Origin: an uncultured Gammaproteobacteria bacterium
GTDB taxonomy: Bacteria; Patescibacteriota; Patescibacteriia; Magasanikbacterales; UBA922
Assembly (NCBI GenBank): GCA_964345045.1
Contig: CAYFPM010000003.1
Location: 134,038-198,037 of the forward strand
Reading direction: 5' to 3'
Length of the DNA: 64,000 bases
Below the pieces are notes generated by a model. The model saw only the letters and a list, made by a program, of their open reading frames with translations. It did no database searches and was not told the origin of the DNA. This document shows positions 27,969 through 39,900 of the stretch, piece by piece (position 1 is the first letter of the stretch; each line of letters opens with the position of its first letter). The position numbers were made by a program, and so were the translations under genes.

Positions 27969-30900
27969 CTAAGAACAAAGATTATTTACACAACTAAGCC
28001 CGGTCTGACAAGCAGCATCTACACTACAAGCTCCTCCGCTAGCCACACTATTTGGAACTACACAAGACGATTGTCCTGACACAGTATTCCAAACACCACC
28101 GGCTACTGATTCACAATCGGATTGGTTAACACAGCCCACCAAATTTCCAGCTCTACAATCTGGAGTACAACTTTGACTTAGCGGCGGTTGAACAGCACTG
28201 GCATTGGCACAGCTAGTATTTATAAGTGTACAAACTCTACTGCGAGTACCAGAAACCGGACAACTTGTGGGGAAAGGTTGGCAATTCCAATCGGCGGCAG
28301 TACAAGCAACAACTGTATTGGGGCTGGTAGAACCTTGCGAAGTTGAACCAATAAGTTGGGAGAGAACTTCATTAAAACCACTTTTGATTTGTTCTACTGG
28401 AGTTATGGTATAACCACTATTGGTAGCACTTAAATTAAAGACTTGCCAATAACGAGCCAAAGAATTGGAGCTAGTTCCTGCAGCAGTAGTTATGTTAAAG
28501 TTTCTGGTAGGTTTGTATATAGACAATCCCGGATTTTGACCAACTCTAGATTCGTATATTTCTACTTGCAAATTACTATTTTCAAAATTAATTATTGGAA
28601 CAGAACTGATTTGACCTATACTTTCTACAAAAAAAGCATACGGTCTAGCATCAACCAACTCGGCAGTATCTATAGTAAAGGTTTGAGAAAAGGTTTTTTG
28701 TAAATTATTTCTACTATGAACCCAAACAGCTCCGTTCCCACCATTTGTCAAAGATGGACTACAACCAGACGGTACCCAATAACCAGCCGTATCTTGAGCT
28801 ATTCTACTACAAATCCCATTAGGGATTATACTTGTAGCAAAACCATAAGTAATTGGTTGTCGACGATTTGGGTTTGGATCATTAGAAAAACTTTCGTTGT
28901 AAAGAGCTCCTCCAAAGGTAACTCCTTCGTTATTTTCAGCTTCTGTCCAACGAACTACTACTCTTATGGTTCCTGGCGCTACAGCCGGAGAAACCAAAAT
29001 TTCGTGACCAACTGTTTGGCTATCACTGTTTACCGGATAGTTATAAACACTACCTTGCACTGTTTGGGTAACCGAATTATTAAACTCTACTCCATAAGTA
29101 CCACTACAAAGAGCATTTGATTCTAATCCTCCATCTACAATATTACCAGTGTTCAAAAATCTTTTTTGCGTAGTGTAAGATTGAGTAGATTGACCAGAGT
29201 ATAATTGCAAATTCATTTCTCCTCTGGCTACATAAAAACCAGCTTCTCTTACACGCAAATAAGCGTTAGTTGCCGTGGCCCAAGCTGTAGCATTAATAGC
29301 AGCTCCATCTTCTATCACATTTAAGATTGCCAAACTAGGAGCTACCCCACCTTGGCTAATATTTTTGCTACCACAAGGAATACAATTATCAATATAAGTA
29401 GTACAAGAATTTTGGCAAGCTCTTTGGCCAACATTTACTGTGAAAAAATTAGTTGGTTGATTGTAATTGCTACCAGTACACTGGGTTCTAACGTATCTTT
29501 GGGCATCTGGCTTGGTCACATCTGGATCAATCAAGATAAATCCGCCATCTACTTCACAGGCTTCGTAGACAGGTTGCCCAGCGGAATCAGTTGTAATAAT
29601 CTCTAATTCTCTATTCCCACAATATCCGGCAGCATCTACTGTAAGGACAGCATCACAACTATTGGAACAATATGTACAAGATTCATTATAACTTGGTATA
29701 CAAGCTACCCCATTTTGACTACCCAAATCACAAGCTTCTCCCGGATCAGTTACTCCATTGCCACAACCAACGCTTTGGCTAATAATGGCACTACTTTGGG
29801 CAGCAGCGCGAACCAAACATAAATTGCTACAAGCATCATTATTTATATTGTTTCCATCATCACATTCTTCGAACTGTGGTTGAACTACTCCGTCTCCACA
29901 GTATCCACCTGGTCCCTGACAATCAAAAGCACAAGAATTTTGTTGATCTATATGGTAGGTTGGGGTGTCCCCCGCCAAACAAGTATTATTAGCCCCACAA
30001 TCAGAATCTACCGCACACAAACGTAAACCTGTTTTCAAAATTGTACCTTGTGAACCAACTGTCCAAGCCCCTACACCACTAGCATGCAAATCATTAAGGG
30101 TAATAGTGGAACCAACATTGGTATTGGCTCTTACCCAAGACAATCCTCCATCTGTAGTTTTTAAAATATTGTTATTGACGTCAATTATATAACCATCAAA
30201 ATTATCTACAAAATACACTTTTTGTAAATTTGTATTAACTGGGGATTGTTGGATTTGCCAACTAGTTCCTCCATCTTTGGTAGACAAAATTATACCGCTA
30301 TCCCCCACGGCCCAACCATCTTGACTGTCTACAAAATAAACGCCTCGCATCAAATGGCTATTGCCAGGTTGCCCTGGGCTGTAATACTGATAAGAAAGGT
30401 TCCAAGTGTTTCCAGAATCTGTAGTTCTGTAAATAAAACCAGCCGCATTGTAAGTTTGGTTATTGTTGTCTGTAGTAGACCCACCAGAAGCTGCCCAACC
30501 TTCGGTAGCACTTACAAAATGAATTGAATTAAAATTATTTGGTAAAGCATTGCCTTGTGTCCAATTTCTTCCACCATCAATCGTTCTAAAAATTCTATTA
30601 CCAGAAGCCGACACCCAACCATTATTTCTATCAACAAAATTCATATCGAAATAAATATTTGGCAAAGTAAACGTACCACTACCCAAACGAGGGAAGGTGG
30701 TATTGCTTTGAACCCAAGTAGAACCACCGTCTATAGTTCTCCATACCAAATTATTATTGGAATCCAACAACCAACCGGTATTCACATCAACAAATTTGAT
30801 ACTGTTTACATTATGAGTATTGGCTATGGTTGGTAAATTTTGAGTTTGCCAAGTAACCCCACCGTCGTTGGTACGCAACAATGTACTATTGTTACCACCA

Positions 30901-33900
30901 GCCCAACCGTTTTGTTCATCTACAAAGTGTACCGCCGACAAAGCTTGGTTGGTGCCAGAAGTTTGTACTCCAAAACCATCCCTTTCTACACTACAAAAAC
31001 CTTTGGCATTGATCCCTTGGAAATTGGCAATTTCACAATATTCCACAGCTCTACCACCCACAATATCCGGTGAGCCACCATTACCACAATATTGTGGATG
31101 AGGGCCTCTACAATCCGATGCACAGTTGCCATAAGTACCATTTCTGGCTCCATCATCACACTGCTCGGTAGCAGGATCTACCCTACCGTCACCACAAACT
31201 CCACCAGCCTGGCAACTACCATACTGCAGTTGACATTGAGAATCACAAACTGCTTGAGCTACTTGTTGAGCCGGACAAGCTCCTATGACCGGATTTTGGA
31301 TTGTCCCCCCAACACATTGGGCTTTGGAAATATCTTTAAAAGCTTTGGCTTGGAACAGAGGAGCACATGTAAAATCAAGTTTGCTAGCAGGGTTTCTAGG
31401 AACTTTTGCTACATTGGTGCCACTATTTAAGCCTGGATGAAAAGTTGAATAATTTGCTCTACCAGTAGCAATTTGATTTACCAAAATATTTACACAATCA
31501 GCAGAAGTGTTACAACTAACAGCTGGCAAAACGGCTGGTGGTGTATTTGATTGGCTAGAGTCCGGATACATAACAGCATTAAGATACTGACATACTGTTT
31601 GGCCAGAACCCATTTCTACAGAAACATCTGGATTGAAAAGAGGCCGACCAGAAACTATAGAACCACTCGAACCTGGCACTGGATTTTCAAACAAACTAAT
31701 TGAACAATCTACATCTGTGTTACAAATTTGTGATTGATTGGTCCCTTGATAAGCACAAACTCCGGCAGTGGCCACCCCAGTAATACCTGTAGTTCCCAAT
31801 TGAGTTCGACCAGGAGGATCACACTGTTCAGTAGCTGGGTTGAGCACACCATCTCCACAAACAGCACTAAATGGACTTTGTACTTGGAATGGCGCCGAAC
31901 AAACTCTATTGGTACTAAAACTATTTGGATCAATAAATTCTTGGACTATATTACTTTGACTAGTAAAGTATTCTAGTTGAGCATGTACTGTATAATTTTG
32001 ATTTGAAACAGCAGAATATTCAAAAATATTAGAATCTCTTGGACAAACAAAACTAGAAGATTGTTCATCCCAACAAGTTTGATTATCTATTAGAGAACAG
32101 GTATTGCCTGCACCTGGGCAATCGGCATCACTACCACAACCTTGTGGGACAGTTTGGCTACAGACACCAAGAGCAGTACAAGTATTGCCTACCCCAGGAC
32201 AATCTAGATTAGATACACAGCTAGTAGAGATACCCTGCGCACAAACACCACAACTACTCCACTTGTTAACTGGATCTGTTTTGAGTCCTCCAACTTGACT
32301 CCCTAGTAGACCCCAAGAAGGCCATTTGGAAGTAGAATAACCCGGAATATAACTACCCGAACTCAAAGTTGGAACATTTATATTGCCAGAAGCATCTCTT
32401 AGAGAACTTAATTTTTGCTGAGCTTCTCTTATACTATGCAATCTTTCCCAGTCTCTTATGAATTTGGTTTTTGAAGATGAACAAATTCCATTGGTATTTG
32501 GAAGTGGAGTACCATCTACGTCTTTACAGTCAAAATTATCTGCACACTGCACGCTGGAAATAGGCAAAGCCCCTGTTTCGCCCACCCTAGTGGTAGCGGC
32601 AGAAACAGTATTTGCCAAACAATACCCAACATCACTAATATTGATATTGAATTCCAAACCATTTAACAATTGATCAAAAACTTCTCGGGTACTTTCGCTA
32701 GCATTTTGATTTATACTAAACAAATAAACATTGTTAAATATGCCTCCACCAGAACTTTGATTTAGAGCATTAACATAGTAATTGTCACCATCGGTGATAG
32801 CTTCGTAACCTGCAATTCTTACATCTCTAAAATCACTTGGGACAAAGCCTAACTCCGGTTGTTTTTCGTACCATTGTCTAACACTATCTCTACCTGTATT
32901 TTGGAAAATTTGAATACCAACTACGTCTTCATTAGTATCGTTAAAAAATAACATTTGTTTAAGCAATCCGGTTCTTTGTATCTGGCTGGTAGAAGCTAGG
33001 GCCCCCTGACAAGTATTGAGCTGGCCACTACAATCTGTATCGGCAAAACAACTAGTGTTGGTTCTAGAACAAGTTCCGGCAGTCACCAAATTACCAAATA
33101 CAAATGGTTTCAAATAAGGAAGGTCGTCGCTAGTATCTCCAGAAGCTCCGGCATCGGCACAATAGCTGGTTCCAAAATTAAAGTACTGTCCGTTTACTCC
33201 ACCAGTTCCAGCAGCTACATTGGCAGCAGGCAAAGCCGTTCCATCGAAAACTCCGGCAGCGTCCACACCATCATTATTAACATTAGCTCCAAAAGGAACC
33301 CCTTCTTCAAATGGAAAATATGCTACCGGTGGCCAAGGTCTTTCACAAAACAAAGCGGTTAGATCTGTTTTGCCAGAAAAAACTTCTCCCGCTTGATTGG
33401 TTTGTGTATCCGAATCAAAAGTAACCGTGGCATTGGCAGAAGCAGTTCTAGAACCTTCTAAATTATTAGAAGCAATTTTGATAATTGAAGTGTCGGTTGG
33501 AGATAAGCTTGGAGTACAAGCACTAACATCGTACTGACAAGTAGTTACATTACAACTAAGATTGCCTCCTGTGTAATTTCTACCAGGGATAGCACTACAT
33601 TGTGTGGCTCTAAGCAAAGGTCCATCACAATCTTCGCCAACATCGAGCACCCCATTGCCACAAGTGGCCGGAGGCACTGTACTTGGGATAGAAAAAATTT
33701 GGTCACCCTGTGGTTGCCAATCCCAAGACCATTCATATTGGCCTGGTATAGATACAATACTTTGATCATTGGTACTAACTGCATTAGCTACAAACACAGT
33801 ACTGGTGTTTGGGGCAGAGAAAATATATTTATTTGGCAAAATTCCAACTGAATTTAATTTACAAATATCTGTACCTGTTCTAAACAAAATACTATCATCT

Positions 33901-36900
33901 AATCTTGTTACATTTGAATCTGGAGAACCAATCCCCACTCCTCTTAAGTCCTTGATACCAGAAACTCCGCCTCTTAGAACTACAGCATAACTAGTATTTT
34001 CTTCGAGTACACTATTTATAGACAAAATCCCATCTGTCCCTACTACATTGCCAACTGTATCATAAGCCGGAGTAGCATTGGTTTCAAAAGTGACATCGCC
34101 GGCACACCACACAACTACGTTTGGATCATTGGTTCCAGAAGCATGGACTACTCCAAACCATAATCTAGCAAAAAAAGTTTTAATACCTTGCCATAATTTG
34201 TGCCACAAACTTTTTGGAGCCAAATCTGTAGCAATATCATTTAGAGCCAAAGTTCTATTAACCAAATTAGTTACATCAAATTCTCCAGCTGGACAGTTAC
34301 CTTGATTTTGTCCAGCAGTAGTTTTGTCTGCCAAAGCTTGTACCTCTCCAGATCTTATAACTCTTTTTTCAATCGTAACTTCATCCAAAAGACCATTATA
34401 TAAAGAAGTATAATTAACAGCTCCTGCACTAGAGACATTTACATTCGCTCCAATATTTAATGAATAGGTTGCAGAATTGGCGACTCCGTTTATCGGATTA
34501 TTATTGTAAGCAGCGATATTGGTAGAATCTTCTAACAAACCATCTATATACAATCTCATTTCACCGTCTCTATCCAAAGACAAGGCCACATGATGCCATC
34601 TATCATCGGCCAAATTAGAATTGGCAGTAACAGTAGCACACGCCGGAGTTTGACCATTTTGACAAATTTGACCATTTGGAACTCCATTTTGTAAATCAAG
34701 TACCCACCTGTTTGTAGAATAACCTTGAGAAGCTATAGTCTCGATCTGAGCAGTGCTGCTTGTTTTGATCCAACCATGAACTGTAAAGTCGGCAGTAGCA
34801 AAATCATAGGCCGGGACAACGCTATTTGGGGTAGCCGTATCTGGCAAACTTTGTAATCTATCCACCAAGCCATCAAAATAATAAGCACTGCTTACAATTC
34901 CTGTATCCGTGGTTACACCACCTACGTCACTCAAATTGTTTATATAAGCGTTATCTGCATTGCTGCTATTGCCTACATTTTGACTTTGGGTATAACCTTT
35001 GGCCAAAAATAAATTTCTATTTAATGTATCTTCGTCAAGAACAGTATCGAAGGTAATACTAATTGCAGTGTTTCTACACACGGGAGCAGCCAAGGCTGGT
35101 GTAGCCGCATTGGCAAATCCTTGACCATCGGCTGGGTAAGAAGAACTTCTGGTAGGCCTGTTGTAACAACAAGAATTAGTGCCTACACCATCGGTAGCAT
35201 TTGGACAATCATTAAATCTAAAAGTATTAACTCCTGAAACGTTTACCGTTCTTGGTTCGGCAAACTCGGTAAATCCACATTGCAAAGCATAATTACCCGT
35301 GCCTGTTATCTGATCGGCAAGAGGCAAAGTAATTACCGATTGACTGGTCGCATCCAAAGTTGCAATAGCAGTGGCATCAACAGTAGTTTCTTGATTACCA
35401 GTTTGTGGATTGGTGTTTCCTTGACCAATGGCTTCTACTACTTGGATTGGATTTTGACCCAAAGATTGCAAGTTGGCAATCTCTACAGCAGTGTATTCAC
35501 ACCAACTTGTTTCTCCCAAACCAACAACGCCATCACCACAAACAGAGGCTGTAGAATATCTAGAAACAGAAGATCCAGACAAAGTACAATCAACATTACA
35601 ATCTTCGTCTGTAATATCGTTACAACGCAAACGACCGGCTCCAACATCTGGTACATCGGTATTACAAATATTTTGCAATAAACATCTGTTGCTACAAGAG
35701 CTTATAGGAGCATTTGTTACAATTCCCCTACCAGGCTGAGTCGGATCGTATACAACGACAACATTAGATCCTCCACTAGAGACCACTTCACACTCTTCGC
35801 CAAATTCTATCAACCCATTACCACATACACTAGAAGCATCGGTACATTCTAGGCTGGCTCCGGCAGTAAGGTTGCCAATATTCAAACTGGCATTGACCGG
35901 ATCATCACACCAAGCTTGAGACAGTTGACTACCCAAATGTACACAAGAGTTAGAACAATATTCACTAGACTCGGCACCAGCACCACTAATTTCACAATCT
36001 TCACCAGCTTCTAGTAACCCATCTCCCCCACAAAAGGTTCCTGGGACCCCTGCAAAAGTATCGAAAGATGGAGTACCTTGATTGGTACAAGTAGCTGAAC
36101 AATTTTGCGCATTTGGAGCGGCAGGATCACATTCTTCTCCAAAAAGAGGTTCTACAATCCCATTGCCACATTGATTGGCGCCTGTCCCTACCGTGCCATT
36201 ACCCGGACGCAAACAGCTTAGATTACAACTAATCCCTGGTATTTCTGCTGTATTTGTACCTGGCACATTAGCGGCCACATCACAATCTTCGCCAGCTTCC
36301 ACTACACCATTACCACAAATAGAGCTTGGATTACTTTGGTGAGTAGCACTATCTATATCCGAACCTCCCGGCAAACAACCGTTGGTACAATTATTTTTTG
36401 GCAAAGCTGCTGTAGAAAAATTAGATACAGTGGCTATATTGGTATCGGCCACATTCCATTGCCATCCAAAACTCCAAGGATTTAGATCTTGTCCTTCTAC
36501 ATTACAACTATCTGGATTGGTTCTTGGTATTACGGTGTATTTAGTTTTTTGACCAATTACCAAAGCTGTAAAAGGATCTGGAGAAATTCTGGCATTGTCT
36601 GCCACACAAATTTCTCCAGTGGCTTTGGTTTTGAAAATCCAATTGGTAGGAGTAAGGGATGGCCCAAACGAAGTAATACCTCCGGCAGCATTTACACTAG
36701 CTACCGACAAAATTGCACCGGTTAATTCTGCATAGTACCAAGTATCGGGTTGCAAAACTGCTCCTGCCGTCGGACGGGCGTGCAGTTCTTTTCGGTTGGA
36801 TAATTGTTGGTCAACTGTAAACGGCACTCGATTATTTCTGTTTACCGTATTCGAAGTACAATTGGCGCGATCTGTACAAGTATAAACATTGAGACCATTT

Positions 36901-39900
36901 TGATAACGTCTGTCATCCATGTCTCGATTGAACTTGGCTCCCAAGGTAGCATTGGCACAAGCTTCGCTACAGTTTGGCCAAAATTCTATAGCTCTTGGGG
37001 TACCAAGATCTACAGTCAAATCGCTTACCACAGTTCCAATGTTGCTATTTTGTAATTGAGAACGACTTTCTTTTTCCAAAGTAAACGCAGTCAATCTACC
37101 ATCTAGATAATAATTATCTGGAACTCCAACAGGATTGGCGGAAAGCATACCAATCAAAATATCTCCACCAATATTTCTTACTGTAGTTGCCCCGGCATTA
37201 CCTTCTCCCACCATATAAAGTGGAGAGTTTTGAGTAACATTTCTCCACCACATACGCCAGTTAGTTCCGTTTTGGGTTATTTGAATTTCAAACTCATCAA
37301 AAAATTCTGTATCCGGAATATACCAAACCAATGGATTATTAGCATCTTGAGCAATATGATAATTACTAGAAGGTGTAGTATTGTTGTAACCTCTCTGTAT
37401 ACTTTGCCCAGTGTTTACATCGAGTGAGCTTGGGATTACCCAATTACCATTACCAATATTGGTTGGCAAAGCTTGAGACCAATTTTGGATTCTAGAGGTA
37501 ATAACAGTCATGGAAAAATTAGGCGTATCATTTTTGAAAAATCTAAAATCTCGACGACGTTGGTTTTGGCCTCTGTTACCAAAAGTTTGCAACCTTACAC
37601 TGTAGTCGCCTTTGGCTGCCACCATTTTTACTTTTTGAGCACTAGCGGCTCCGGCACCAAATTGCCAACCGTTGGCAACACTAACAGGATCATCATTATT
37701 CAAAACCATTCTAATAGTCATGGTGGCACTATTGGTGTAATCAAAAGTATAGATATTACTTGGATCTGGAATAACAATAGGATTGCCACCTACAGGTACA
37801 TCTAATGGAACCCCAGCCAAAGCCGCAAAATCAGACACCGTAGAATTACCAGTCCCAGCAGTAACTCCACCCGGTAAGCTAGCTTCTATTTGCACACTTT
37901 GAGGGGCAGTGGATCTAAATGCTCTGGCAGTAGCTCTAGAATCTCTATAACCATTGCCTGGAGCAATACTAACAGTAACTGCACTAGCAAGTGGATTGGT
38001 AGCTGCAGCTACACGCCAATTCCAACCCAAACCATCTACGTTAAGCACAGCACAAGTTTGGTCTCCTCTACCCCATAGTTTGTAATAAAGTGGTTGATTA
38101 TCTGAAACCGGATAAGCCGGATCAAGCACAGTTCCCAATCTATCGGTAACATGCGCTGGGGGTTCTATACCAGCTCCGGTTAGGGCACACATATTATTTG
38201 GCCCACCGGTTTTAAATTCAAAACAATAAGCTGTTCCAGAACCACAATTTCTAGTTGCTTGTAATGGTTGATTGACAATTCGACTACTACCAAATTCTGT
38301 TATCACTTCTTGAGATTGAATAGAGGATCCTAGTTCAACTCGGTACCAAGTATCTGGTTGCAAATTATTAGTGTTGTTTAATGGAGCTGGTCTAATAGTC
38401 AAAACTCGGCTGGTGTAATTTAGATTAACTTGATTGCTAATATCTATTTTGTTTCCTCCTGAACAATCGATTCTTCCATTGGAAGCTTCGGCACAAGTAA
38501 ACAAAGAAACATTGCCTGCAAAAGAATTTGGATCCATGTCCATATTAAACATAACGGCTATGTCTCTGTTTAGACAAACATCATCTCCTTGTTGCCAACC
38601 ATCCCATGGAGTTGGAGATGGAAAAGCTACGGCTCTGTTGCCAATCCATCTTTCTTGATTACAAGCTTCTAACACCAGTGGAACACTAGCTATACGGCCA
38701 GTAGTAAACCGCCATACATAACCACCATCACGAACTTCTCCTGGACAACTAAAGCTCGCTGGACGAAATACTCCGGCCGAAGGTCCTTCGGTACAACATC
38801 TTTGACCAGCTGGGATTTGGTTGGAAGGGATATCTCTACAGTCGGTCACTGTATATTCTACAGAATTACTAACTTGTAAATTATTTCCCGAACCTGCGGT
38901 TACTACAATTGGACCAGTTTGCATAGAATAACCATTTTGAACTGGAATTGGGGTAGTCACCGTATCGCCGGCTGTCAAAGAGTTGGCTACTGTAATTTGG
39001 TTACCACTGGTAGATAACCAAGTATTTAATTCTGTATTGGTAAGAGGATTGGCTGTAAGACTATTTCTGCCCCAAAAACGAACAGTGGGACTATTGGAAA
39101 AATTAACTCCAGTAATAGTAAGGGGGTTCACACCACCAACCGGCAAAAGCGGAGCCGGACCACTGTTTGGATTAACTGCACAGATACTAGGCAATGGAGC
39201 GCCATTGTTTACGTTTATAACACTTGTAGCGTTTGGCACACTTTGGATATTGGTATCGCCACTTTCAACAATTACATTATAACCACCAATTGCTAAATTG
39301 GCCGGTAATTCCATAATAATTTGGGTATCTTGCCAAGCTAAAGAACCACAGACTGTTGGCAAATTGGCAACAGTACAACCAGCCCCCGGACAAGTGGTAG
39401 TTCCTTGTGCCAAATAAATTGTTCCCGGAGATTGACCAAATCGACTACCGGTAATAGTAACAAAACTACCCGGAGTAGAAGAGCTAGGATTAATTGCTTC
39501 GATCACCGGAGTTTGATTTTGTAAAGTTGTTAATATTTGAAATGGAATGCCATTGCTATCTTCTCCGCTGGCAGAAGTAACAATCACGCCTACTCTACCG
39601 GGTTGTATATTGGCAGGGATAGTAGCGTCTATTTGGGTAGCCGACCAACTGGAAACCTGAGATTGTACTCCCCCAAAATTCAATTGTGCTCCACTAGCAG
39701 GGCCAAAAGATTTTCCAATAGCGGTAACATTGGTGCCAGCTATAGCGGCAGTAGCTCCGACCGGAGTAGTTTGACCAGGAGAAACTCTTACACTACACAA
39801 ACTTGGACGAACCAGACTATTGTCTTTTCTAAAAAATCCTTGTCTTGGCCCAGATCTAGAACCACGACCATCGGCAGTAGTGTCTGACAAATTGCCTCCA